Positions 1-7,877 of a stretch of 64,000 nt of DNA are shown piece after piece. The notes under the pieces are model-generated. The model worked only from the letters and a program-made list of their open reading frames with translations, was not told where the DNA came from and made no database searches. The stretch lies in the IMG/VR virus record IMGVR_UViG_3300027754_000044, one strand, 5' to 3'. Each line of letters starts with the position of its first letter. Positions within the stretch are counted from its first letter, which is position 1. Position numbers and translations under genes: made by a program. This DNA comes from a virus.

Positions 1-427
1 CGATCACGATCGCTTTGCTCGGCTTCTTAGCGGCTTTCTTCGCATGGATGCCCACCGGATTCTTCAGAGCATCCAGTTTCGCTTGGATCGCATCGATACG
101 CGCGGCCTTCTTCGCTGCACGTTCTGCGGCTTTCTGAATGCGAGCATCTGCTTTGAGCGCTTTATTGATACGACGCTGATTCGCTTTCATCGCGCGAGCA
201 TCTTTCTTCTCGGCTTTGATCTTCGCAGCAGCGACCTTTCGTGCGAGCTTGAAGTTGGTGTTATCCGTCTTGACGTTCTCGCGGAGCATCTTGATCTCGC
301 AGCGAAGCGTGGCTGTGTCTTTTTTGACGCCGGCGAAGGCACGCTTGTAAGCTGCTTTGATATCCTTCAGTTCCTGACGCTTGAACTCAAGGGCCTTTTG
401 TGTTGCGGTTTTCGTAGTGTTTTTCAT
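1..427 (-). CDS. Lys/Ala-rich basic early protein (3' end runs off the window)
   Basis: Hand-translated open frame from ATG at 427 (MKNTTKTATQKALEFKRQELKDIKAAYKRAF...AAKKAARIDAIQAKLDALKNPVGIHAKKAAKKPSK), with no stop before base 1. Consensus promoter at 457-485. Absent from the ORF track. Confidence 0.75.
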   Translation of the reverse strand, partial: MKNTTKTATQKALEFKRQELKDIKAAYKRAFAGVKKDTATLRCEIKMLRENVKTDNTNFKLARKVAAAKIKAEKKDARAMKANQRRINKALKADARIQKAAERAAKKAARIDAIQAKLDALKNPVGIHAKKAAKKPSKAIVI

Positions 428-456
428 ATAGTTTCTTTCTCAGTTATTGAACAGCT

Positions 457-485
457 ATTATAGAGCATTTGCGGCTAAGTGTCAA
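457..485 (-). promoter_or_regulatory. sigma70-type early promoter
   Basis: Minus strand TTGACA-17 nt-TATAAT. Confidence 0.85.
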
Positions 486-491
486 GGCTTA

Positions 492-662
492 TTAACACAT
501 CCAGTCACCTGCATTTGCTTGGGGATCGATCCCTTCGGCGATGCAGATGTCGACCCAGTTGCGTTCGCGCTGCGCTTTAGCCAGTGCTTCCTCGAACTTG
601 TCACGCGCAACAGCCGCTTTGAGAGCCAGCTTGTGGAGCCTTGTAATCTTTTTATTTATCAT
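492..662 (-). CDS. small hypothetical early protein
   Basis: MINKKITRLHKL...; start overlaps the end of the upstream ORF. Confidence 0.55.
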   Translation of the reverse strand: MINKKITRLHKLALKAAVARDKFEEALAKAQRERNWVDICIAEGIDPQANAGDWMC

Positions 663-894
663 ACTGCTGCGCAAAGGTCAAACGCGGATCATACGGCCTT
701 GCGCGCGCATCGGCGTAGGCTTTTTTCTGCGCAGAGGTCAAAGGCCGTTTCTCGGGCTGATAGCCGTCGGCTTTTTGCTGCGCAAAGGTCAAAGGCTGAT
801 TCGCTGGACGATTCGTTTTTGTTTCTTCAGGAACGTATTTTGCATGTTGGTCGAAATGAATCGTTTTCATCTTTGTTTCCTTTTTAATTTTCAT
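652..894 (-). CDS. small early protein with repeated PLTFAQQ motif (alternative start 870)
   Basis: ORF track. ATG 6 nt after the -10 box; second ATG at 870 has SD AAGGA. Confidence 0.6.
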   Translation of the reverse strand: MKIKKETKMKTIHFDQHAKYVPEETKTNRPANQPLTFAQQKADGYQPEKRPLTSAQKKAYADARARPYDPRLTFAQQYDK

Positions 895-934
895 ACAACC
901 ATTATACCTGGGTTTCACCTAATTGGCAAGGCTT
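861..934. repeat. 74-bp exact direct repeat, copy 1 (promoter + RBS + first codons)
   Basis: Identical to 1325-1398. Confidence 0.95.
901..929 (-). promoter_or_regulatory. sigma70-type early promoter
   Basis: TTGCCA-17-TATAAT, inside repeat copy 1. Confidence 0.8.
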
Positions 935-1358
935 AGATTTCACCCAGAGCAAACAGAAAACGAATATCATTGACCGAATGGAACATGTCACGCATGATGA
1001 GCTTCCCGTTCTCTTTGATATCGAGGCGGTTGTGACTATTGCGAACCAGCTTAATCACACGACCATTATACTGCAGAGTGGTCGTCTCTCCGGTCTTGGA
1101 ATAGGTCACTTCAGCACGCAGTTCTTTTTCATATTCACGCATTGCTGCGGTGGCCAGTTCAAGCTGCTTGGAAGCCTGAACTTCGATCGCGCACAGGCGC
1201 TTGTAATTACGCTGCTGCGTGATCGCTGCGGCACGGCGATTTAGTTCCTGATTGAAGGTCAGAGGGTTCAGCGTGATCGCTGCGGCACCGTAGGCTTTTT
1301 CCTGGTTGAAGGTCAGAGGCTGATTCGTTTTCATCTTTGTTTCCTTTTTAATTTTCAT
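933..1358 (-). CDS. early hypothetical protein with PLTFNQE repeats
   Basis: ORF track; same start cassette as 652-894. Confidence 0.7.
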   Translation of the reverse strand: MKIKKETKMKTNQPLTFNQEKAYGAAAITLNPLTFNQELNRRAAAITQQRNYKRLCAIEVQASKQLELATAAMREYEKELRAEVTYSKTGETTTLQYNGRVIKLVRNSHNRLDIKENGKLIMRDMFHSVNDIRFLFALGEI

Positions 1359-1398
1359 ACAACCATTATACCTGGGTTTCACCTAATTGGCAAGGCTT
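1325..1398. repeat. 74-bp exact direct repeat, copy 2
   Basis: Identical to 861-934. Confidence 0.95.
1365..1393 (-). promoter_or_regulatory. sigma70-type early promoter
   Basis: TTGCCA-17-TATAAT, inside repeat copy 2. Confidence 0.8.
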
Positions 1399-1533
1399 TT
1401 TTGGGCTTTTCTGGTTTATTTTGGTCACCGGCTTCAACCACGTTTCCACGGCTGTAAAGCGGCGTAGATACTGGAGTGTAGCGTTAACCTTTTGATTCTT
1501 AAGGGTTTTCTTCATTTTGGATTTTGTATTCAT
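1366..1533 (-). CDS. 55-aa basic hypothetical protein
   Basis: Hand-translated MNTKSKMKKTLKNQKVNATLQYLRRF...; directly downstream of promoter 1546-1574. Confidence 0.45.
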   Translation of the reverse strand: MNTKSKMKKTLKNQKVNATLQYLRRFTAVETWLKPVTKINQKSPKKPCQLGETQV

Positions 1534-1545
1534 TATCGACACTAT

Positions 1546-1574
1546 ATTATACCGTATATAGGGGTAATTGTCAA
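1546..1574 (-). promoter_or_regulatory. sigma70-type early promoter
   Basis: TTGACA-17-TATAAT. Confidence 0.85.
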
Positions 1575-1597
1575 GGCAATTCTTTTACCGTTAGGAA

Positions 1598-1801
1598 TCA
1601 AGGGGTTACGAGCAGACCGACAGCGTAGATCAGCAGCAGGCCGCCGTTCACTATGATCAGCGATAAGTCTTTGATCTTAAACGAATATATTAGGAACAGC
1701 GACGTGCCAGCGTTGAGCAGGTAGATGTTAAGCGGATCTACGCGAAGAGCCGTTGCGAGAGCGCCGGCGAGAGTGATGATTACAGCAGAGTATCTAAGCA
1801 T
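1598..1801 (-). CDS. small membrane protein (about 3 TM segments)
   Basis: Hydrophobic 67-aa ORF immediately after promoter 1811-1839. Confidence 0.7.
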   Translation of the reverse strand: MLRYSAVIITLAGALATALRVDPLNIYLLNAGTSLFLIYSFKIKDLSLIIVNGGLLLIYAVGLLVTP

Positions 1802-1810
1802 TATACAGCC

Positions 1811-1839
1811 ATTATGCGCCTCTTCTGGCTAATTGTCAA
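1811..1839 (-). promoter_or_regulatory. sigma70-type early promoter
   Basis: TTGACA-17-CATAAT. Confidence 0.75.
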
Positions 1840-2006
1840 GGCATATACCGGCGAGCAGAACCGTAAAAAACGGGCCTTTTTTTCTCCCTACGGTTTTATA
1901 CGGTTATTCTTGGCTTTTAACTGAATCCGACTCCATTTCCCCTATATAATTATGTGCAGCGATTTTGTTGCATAACACACAGTAACATCACACACAGGAG
2001 AACACT

Positions 2007-2231
2007 ATGAGTAAAACACCGTATGAAATTCGATTTGATCTATTGCAGTTGGCTAGAGATATCCTTTCTCAGCCTATCTATGAAGAAGTGAATGCTCGAA
2101 AAGAGAAGTGGCATGGACTGAGTGATGCTCTTCGAAATACAACTGAGTATCCTACTATGCCTACATTCCCTTCCTCTACTGAGATTATTAGTAAGGCTGA
2201 GGAATTAAATAAATTTGTGAGTGGATCTTGA
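2007..2231 (+). CDS. conserved small phage protein (TPYEIRxDLL...AEELNKFVS type)
   Basis: Strong SD AGGAG; N- and C-terminal motifs typical of large T4-like phage hypotheticals. Confidence 0.8.
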   Translation: MSKTPYEIRFDLLQLARDILSQPIYEEVNARKEKWHGLSDALRNTTEYPTMPTFPSSTEIISKAEELNKFVSGS

Positions 2232-2244
2232 TCTGAGTTGATCT

Positions 2245-2276
2245 AACGCAAGGAATGTTTTATTGTTCCTTGCGTT
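2245..2276. terminator. probable bidirectional intrinsic terminator
   Basis: AACGCAAGGAA...TTCCTTGCGTT, an 11-bp inverted repeat between convergent genes. Confidence 0.7.
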
Positions 2277-2293
2277 TCTTGGCTTTCATTCTT

Positions 2294-2644
2294 TTATTTC
2301 GTTCCGCCCACCGATTTCCTGACGATGTCATCCATGTTTAATTCTTGGCTCCAATACGTTTCAAATGCAATTGTTGGTTGCAATGCTTGGAATTGATGGA
2401 ACTCGCCCGGTGCGACGGATGTGAAGTCGCCCGCTTGTAATACAGTTTCATCTATCAGATCATAGTTGTTCTTCCATACTCTAATCATCAGCAGGCCGGA
2501 CTCTACAAAGAATCCATTCCACTTGTGTTCGTGCTTGTGTATAGAGCAGAACCCATCCTCTACTATCTGTATTCGATGAAACTCATATGCTGCGTTGGAA
2601 TGTATACATTGTGTGTGACCCCAGACTTTACCCTGTTTGTTCAT
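2294..2644 (-). CDS. cupin-domain protein (mannose-6-P isomerase-like)
   Basis: KVWG...CSIHKHEHKWNGFFVESG...PGEFHQF cupin motifs. Confidence 0.8.
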   Translation of the reverse strand: MNKQGKVWGHTQCIHSNAAYEFHRIQIVEDGFCSIHKHEHKWNGFFVESGLLMIRVWKNNYDLIDETVLQAGDFTSVAPGEFHQFQALQPTIAFETYWSQELNMDDIVRKSVGGTK

Positions 2645-2648
2645 TCGT

Positions 2649-3086
2649 TTATTCCTTTATTGTTTTAGCCCAAGAGAATCTATTCCAGATTCTCTCGTGC
2701 GTATAGTATATAATTGCGTTGAAAATAGTTGCGAGTGTGAGGAATGCGAGTGCTTTTCCGATCGATCCCGTCAGTAGATATGGTATGAGAAAGTTAGATG
2801 TGGTTATCAATAATCTCCATGTTACAGATTTGCTTATGGTTCTCGGATGACCATCTTTGAAGAATCGATCGTCTGCGGGCTTTCTATTCCATTGGAACCA
2901 ATTCCACACTCTCTCGTGCGCCCAAAATAGGAACATGTTAATCAATGTTGCAACAGATGCGATTTGTGCGGCTGCAGCCAATGTTCCCGTTACGATAAAG
3001 CCATTCAGAAGATGACTCAGTGTGAAACAGATTCGAACAGTGATTGTTTTAGCCAGGCTTCTTCGATGCATCTCTACATATTTCAT
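2649..3086 (-). CDS. tandem DUF2061-like membrane protein
   Basis: Two copies of RSxxKxxTxR...HERxWN. Confidence 0.75.
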   Translation of the reverse strand: MKYVEMHRRSLAKTITVRICFTLSHLLNGFIVTGTLAAAAQIASVATLINMFLFWAHERVWNWFQWNRKPADDRFFKDGHPRTISKSVTWRLLITTSNFLIPYLLTGSIGKALAFLTLATIFNAIIYYTHERIWNRFSWAKTIKE

Positions 3087-3087
3087 A

Positions 3088-3921
3088 TTACAAATCCTTT
3101 ATTAGACGATCGACAATTGTTTGCACAGATTCAATCGCATTAATATTGTCCAGAGCTTTTCCAGCCCAGATAACTCCTTGGTCCTTTGTGTCGCGACCCA
3201 ACCTCAATCCATCCGTGTGATTATTATCTGTATCTGGTGTCTCTGAAAATACGATTCCGTTCATACGATTCACGCCAATAGATTTGACGTCGCTAAACGA
3301 TTTCTTTATCATCTCCAATTTCTTATCTGGATGTATGCGCGACTCTTCCGAAAGAGCAAATATCGTTCCTAATCCTACTGCCTCTGCACCAGCATCTAGA
3401 TACATTTTTATCTGCTCTGACGTAGAGATTCCACCCGTGACAATAATTGGCATATCTGGATTCATAGCTTTCTGTTCTAAGAATCTATCCATCGTTGTCT
3501 GATTTGTATCCAGAACTCTAGAAGCAGCATCTGGGCTTTTCAGATCTATTGCATCTATCATTTTTGAGACATTAGATATGTCTTCCGGTTTTAATAATTT
3601 ATGTATGAACTTTGTGTGAGGAGCGTTTTTCCTATAATATATAAAATCGTTTGGGAAATATGATAGCAATTGCATGTGCGATACACGATACCATCTTGCC
3701 AAGTTTAAAAATCCTGGTGTCAGTTTTAATGAACTAACAGCCAAAATTATATCGCCGTCTGGACAAGAATCACGAAATTCTTCTAGCTGTTCTTTTATCT
3801 TGTCGTTACTCACTAAACTCGGAACGATTCCGGCTTTATTACAGGCGATCGCTAATCTTGCATCGCTCACGAAATTCATTGGAGTGCATATGATCGGATA
3901 ACGAGAATTGAATAGACTCAT
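3088..3921 (-). CDS. nitronate monooxygenase/FabK-like flavoprotein
   Basis: YPIICTPMNFVS...PIIVTGGI...LDAGAEAVGLGTIFALSEES. Confidence 0.8.
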   Translation of the reverse strand: MSLFNSRYPIICTPMNFVSDARLAIACNKAGIVPSLVSNDKIKEQLEEFRDSCPDGDIILAVSSLKLTPGFLNLARWYRVSHMQLLSYFPNDFIYYRKNAPHTKFIHKLLKPEDISNVSKMIDAIDLKSPDAASRVLDTNQTTMDRFLEQKAMNPDMPIIVTGGISTSEQIKMYLDAGAEAVGLGTIFALSEESRIHPDKKLEMIKKSFSDVKSIGVNRMNGIVFSETPDTDNNHTDGLRLGRDTKDQGVIWAGKALDNINAIESVQTIVDRLIKDL

Positions 3922-4184
3922 AAGATCATCCTTATAAGTCCAACAGAATCGATCAAAGTCAGTATTAGATAATTAGCAAAAAGCCAAAACGATCCTCGCG
4001 AGTAAGAGCATCCTGCTGCTATTATGCATCCAGTCATCCATATCGGATAGAGAATCAGCAGCGGAGGATTCGGAACCGTTATGGCCATTGCGACGCAACA
4101 ACCAATAGAAATCAACCAAGCAATAGATTCAAATACGAACCGTAATTTGTGGCTTCTATAGTCTGTAATGAAAAAATCATACAT
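3918..4184 (-). CDS. small membrane protein
   Basis: Three hydrophobic segments; 4-8 nt overlaps with both neighbours. Confidence 0.7.
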   Translation of the reverse strand: MYDFFITDYRSHKLRFVFESIAWLISIGCCVAMAITVPNPPLLILYPIWMTGCIIAAGCSYSRGSFWLFANYLILTLIDSVGLIRMIL

Positions 4185-5019
4185 TGAACGGCTGCGACAA
4201 TCTGATCGACCCGTGAATTGCTTGACGGATTACTGTATTAGATACCTCTCCGCGAGCGTGGAATCCAAACGTGTTAGCGATCACTAATGTATTCGCTTTG
4301 ACTGGATATGCTTTACATTCTGGATCGAATCCCATCTCAATTAATTCTTCATCGAATACTCGTAGAGATCCCTCTGCATGACCATATGTTCTTCGTGGAT
4401 CTACTTTACCATCAATAATATCTTCCCACTGTTTTCGCATCCATTCTTTTCTTTTATCTGTAAGAATATTAGATCCAGCCACATAGCAGAACGGACCGTC
4501 CTTTATCGTCACATCTTGAGGAAAGAACCAAAATTTAACAGTCGGGAAAAATGTGTCCATGTGCATCACTTTCTGCACATCATTATTATCTGGGCTATTC
4601 TGGAGACGCTGAACGAATGTATTTTGTTTGAATTGTGGGTCTAGAGTAGGTAGAGCGTGACAATCCTTGACAATATAATATAGATCCGCAATATCAGAAT
4701 ACCACCGAGTATCGAATTTTTGGCGGCCAGTTTCATCAAATAGTAGATTATGTTCGTTCTTATTTTCAGCGATAGGATACTTTTCAATCTCCTCCACAAA
4801 TCCGGTCATATCGCTCATGAAATTCGAAATGATTACAATTCCTCGTTCATCAAACTCTTTAGAATATAAAGTTTTGTATCCATGTTTCGCTCTGCGTTGT
4901 TGTTGAGCTTCATACGCTCTTTCAGCTCGTTCAATATGCATATCAGGAACGAATCCTTGTAGCTTGTCTGCAGATTTAGCAGAGCTCTTGAATATACTCT
5001 CAAGTTCTTTTATCTTCAT
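4177..5019 (-). CDS. PhyH-family Fe(II)/2OG dioxygenase
   Basis: HMD...DGPFCYVAGS...GFHARG facial-triad pattern. Confidence 0.8.
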   Translation of the reverse strand: MKIKELESIFKSSAKSADKLQGFVPDMHIERAERAYEAQQQRRAKHGYKTLYSKEFDERGIVIISNFMSDMTGFVEEIEKYPIAENKNEHNLLFDETGRQKFDTRWYSDIADLYYIVKDCHALPTLDPQFKQNTFVQRLQNSPDNNDVQKVMHMDTFFPTVKFWFFPQDVTIKDGPFCYVAGSNILTDKRKEWMRKQWEDIIDGKVDPRRTYGHAEGSLRVFDEELIEMGFDPECKAYPVKANTLVIANTFGFHARGEVSNTVIRQAIHGSIRLSQPFNV

Positions 5020-5028
5020 AGCAACACC

Positions 5029-5733
5029 TCAAATAATAGACACATTCGGACAGAATTTCATGGCCTCTCTGAGGAATAGGAAATCTCCAGCAGATGCAGG
5101 ATACTCTCCATCACACATATCTTCATTCATAAAGATCATTTTCTTGGTCGGATTAAACACAAGCATGCTCATGATGAATGCAGATGGAGCAGCATAGATG
5201 ATAGGAGAATTATACATATCGATCCAGTCATCAATATCCAATTCGTTTTTGCTGATCTGATGATCTGGAGATACGCTTTTGGCTTTCTCTTTATCATCTG
5301 TGTATATCATCGCGTTAGATCCAGCCATAGCTAGAAGTTTTCTGCAAGATTCAACAGATGCTACATTTTTATCGTTTCCTCTGATATGAACTGCAACAGA
5401 TTTACCATCAGAGAATGGGAAGATGTTCTCGATCATATCTGTTCTGGGAACAAGAAACTTGAATATGTTTTCTCTGTTCTCAAATATAGAAGTTGCTGCA
5501 CCCTCAACCCAATATGGCGTTTTCTCTTTGCAATCTATATCTACAACTCTGCATCTAGCATCAAATACGTGATGGAGTTTATTGGATAATCTATCAGACG
5601 AAAGAACTTCAGTCTTTTCATTGTTGATACAGATAACACAATCGTCTGGATCTTTATCAGACTCTTTAGATAATCCTACTGCTACTTGAAGAATCTGAAC
5701 ACCCATTAATCCTCTTACATGGATTCTGCTCAT
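5029..5733 (-). CDS. GT11-like (alpha-1,2-fucosyl/colitosyl) transferase, divergent
   Basis: RGLMGVQILQ (cf. GGLGNQMFQ), VAVHIRGND (cf. VHIRRGD), YTDD, PSAF (cf. NSTF). Confidence 0.6.
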   Translation of the reverse strand: MSRIHVRGLMGVQILQVAVGLSKESDKDPDDCVICINNEKTEVLSSDRLSNKLHHVFDARCRVVDIDCKEKTPYWVEGAATSIFENRENIFKFLVPRTDMIENIFPFSDGKSVAVHIRGNDKNVASVESCRKLLAMAGSNAMIYTDDKEKAKSVSPDHQISKNELDIDDWIDMYNSPIIYAAPSAFIMSMLVFNPTKKMIFMNEDMCDGEYPASAGDFLFLREAMKFCPNVSII

Positions 5734-5936
5734 TTGGCAAACAGATCAAGTTGTTGTGCAAATATAGCTGGGCGAGGAGTATTATTTTGCATTACAGTAA
5801 GAATATTTTTGATCTGTTCCATCTCATCAAATGTTAGACGCACACTAGCGTCTTTGGTAGCTACATCTAGTTTATGTATTAGAGTAGAGACATCCACAGG
5901 CAGTAGTTTCTGTATATCAGATCTTTTATTATTCAT
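5730..5936 (-). CDS. hypothetical protein
   Basis: ORF track; operon packing. Confidence 0.55.
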   Translation of the reverse strand: MNNKRSDIQKLLPVDVSTLIHKLDVATKDASVRLTFDEMEQIKNILTVMQNNTPRPAIFAQQLDLFAK

Positions 5937-5946
5937 GATTAATCCC

Positions 5947-6327
5947 TTAGTGAGTGTCCATGATGTAAAACTGAATATCTTCTGAGATATGGCGTGGCAT
6001 GACTTGTGCTATTTTATCCAATAGCTCAAAGTTTCTGCATTTTTTTGAGAGGAGAGAAGCGCATGCAACCAACACGAGATCAGTGTTTCGTTCAGCCATA
6101 AACTGAACGATCTTATCACCTTTAGTGATGTGGAATTTATACAGAAGACTTTCTGCATACTCTCCGATCTCATCTACGATCAGTTTTCGATCTGCATCAA
6201 TCTCATTATATACGTTTTGGTATTTGCATACATTTATTACATCTTCTGAGCAAATCCAATGACGAAGGATTTCTGCTGGTTTATCGTATGTTCTGTAGAT
6301 GTGTTCACTTACTTTATCTGATAGCAT
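5947..6327 (-). CDS. hypothetical protein
   Basis: ORF track; operon packing. Confidence 0.6.
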   Translation of the reverse strand: MLSDKVSEHIYRTYDKPAEILRHWICSEDVINVCKYQNVYNEIDADRKLIVDEIGEYAESLLYKFHITKGDKIVQFMAERNTDLVLVACASLLSKKCRNFELLDKIAQVMPRHISEDIQFYIMDTH

Positions 6328-6506
6328 ATTTTATTCACAAAGTGATTGGCTTTTTTTTCACCTTCAAAAAAGCCAATTCGAGTTTCCTCAGTTATAGAAT
6401 TGAGCATAACGACTAATATATGCCCCTTCATTATAGAACAACGAACGAACCAATCTTCTACAAGAACTGTATCTAATGAGTGAATTGGAAGTTTAGCTGT
6501 TTTCAT
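6309..6506 (-). CDS. hypothetical protein
   Basis: ORF track; late-like AATAAATA just upstream. Confidence 0.55.
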   Translation of the reverse strand: MKTAKLPIHSLDTVLVEDWFVRCSIMKGHILVVMLNSITEETRIGFFEGEKKANHFVNKICYQIK

Positions 6507-6533
6507 AATGTTATTTATTAACTCAATTTCATA

Positions 6534-7877
6534 TCAACCGAAGAACTCATCTAAGTCTGAGGCTGTTTGAAAATGATCTTCGAATATCTTTCTACCATTT
6601 CTAGGTATGGCTGGATCGTGATTCGTTTTTATTCTAAGTTCAGTAAGATATCCCGTTTTCTTACCTATGGCTAAATCGATGTAATGTTGTGCGATCACTT
6701 TTTGATCAAATTGTTCAATCAATTCATAGTTATTTTGTTGCATCTGTTTATAATCAGCTTCAGACATATCACAAAAGTTAGAGATCGCTTCGCCATATTG
6801 TTTCGGTGTATAATCTTTCTTCAACATGCAATAGTGAGTGCCAGCCTTTAAAACAGCACCGATACCCTCTGCATTGTTGGAAACTCCGAAATTAACTGCA
6901 ATGGGCACAGTGCCAATGCGCATTGCATCAATGACTACTCTATTGAAATGCTCACCAAAAGTGTTAGACCAAGAAGGATCAACAAGAAATTTACAAGTTG
7001 CAAGAATTTTATCACGCTTTGCTCCAGAGATAAAACCAAGATATTTAAAATTGCCAGATGTTTCTGCATTTTCCCAGATACGTTTTCCCTGACGTTTTTC
7101 AGTTACATTTGGATCATACTGAGATGTAGCATAATATTCTTCTTTACACTTATCCTTCGACATCATATAAGCAGCTTCGATACCAGCGCCACCAACAAGA
7201 GTTTCGACTTCAGGCATGTAAGGCACAGCACGAATCAAATCATCGACACGTTTCCAACGCTTGAATGTTTGAATAGATAGGATTTTCTTCTCACGTTGAG
7301 CATAAGATGGTGTTTCAGGAATACCAGAGATATCCTGTGGATTTAAAATTAAAGCACGAGGAACATCCATAAAATCAGCTGAATCATAAGCAGCCGGATG
7401 CACACACGCGAGACCTGTAAAATATTTCTCATATATCTGAATCCATGGATACATTTTCTTCAGATTCGCATCGTGAATGATTGGAATTTGTTTAGCTGTT
7501 ACCTTCTCGATCATAGGCAACCACTCTAATGATTTTTCAGTGTCTTTGTTTTTAAAACCAAAAATAGACTGCCAAATGATCAAATCGTGTTTGTTGGCAT
7601 CTTCAACAAATTTATCAATAGATTCTTTGACTTTATAAGAATAATATGGCGCAATCCAACCAAGGCCTTGATGAACTGGATAGCCAGTTCCAATACCAAT
7701 TTCATAACCTTCCTTCAAGTCGATTGGAATTTCAACAGGACGAACTGCTTTATTACCTTTAAGATATGCAAAAGTTACTTCATGACCAAGTTCTTTCAAT
7801 CCTGCTATAAGATGCTCACAGTGATTGATAATGCCACCAAAGTTATTGAATGTATGCACAACCATCATAATTTTCAT
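6534..7877 (-). CDS. GT-B fold glycosyltransferase, candidate DNA hydroxymethylpyrimidine glycosyltransferase
   Basis: N-terminal FGGI...LKELGHEV, KRWKRVD, EHFNRVVIDAM (GT4-like ExFxxxxxEAM); 4-nt overlap with the JBP/TET gene. Confidence 0.75.
   Translation of the reverse strand: MKIMMVVHTFNNFGGIINHCEHLIAGLKELGHEVTFAYLKGNKAVRPVEIPIDLKEGYEIGIGTGYPVHQGLGWIAPYYSYKVKESIDKFVEDANKHDLIIWQSIFGFKNKDTEKSLEWLPMIEKVTAKQIPIIHDANLKKMYPWIQIYEKYFTGLACVHPAAYDSADFMDVPRALILNPQDISGIPETPSYAQREKKILSIQTFKRWKRVDDLIRAVPYMPEVETLVGGAGIEAAYMMSKDKCKEEYYATSQYDPNVTEKRQGKRIWENAETSGNFKYLGFISGAKRDKILATCKFLVDPSWSNTFGEHFNRVVIDAMRIGTVPIAVNFGVSNNAEGIGAVLKAGTHYCMLKKDYTPKQYGEAISNFCDMSEADYKQMQQNNYELIEQFDQKVIAQHYIDLAIGKKTGYLTELRIKTNHDPAIPRNGRKIFEDHFQTASDLDEFFG

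Noticed and set aside
44-1244. Plus-strand ORFs 44-463, 447-887, 541-936, 978-1244
   Set aside because: Antisense shadows of promoter-led minus-strand genes; no plus-strand promoter or RBS seen.
861-1398. CRISPR array or att sites
   Set aside because: Only two 74-bp copies carrying a promoter; no regular repeat-spacer period, cas gene or integrase seen in the window.
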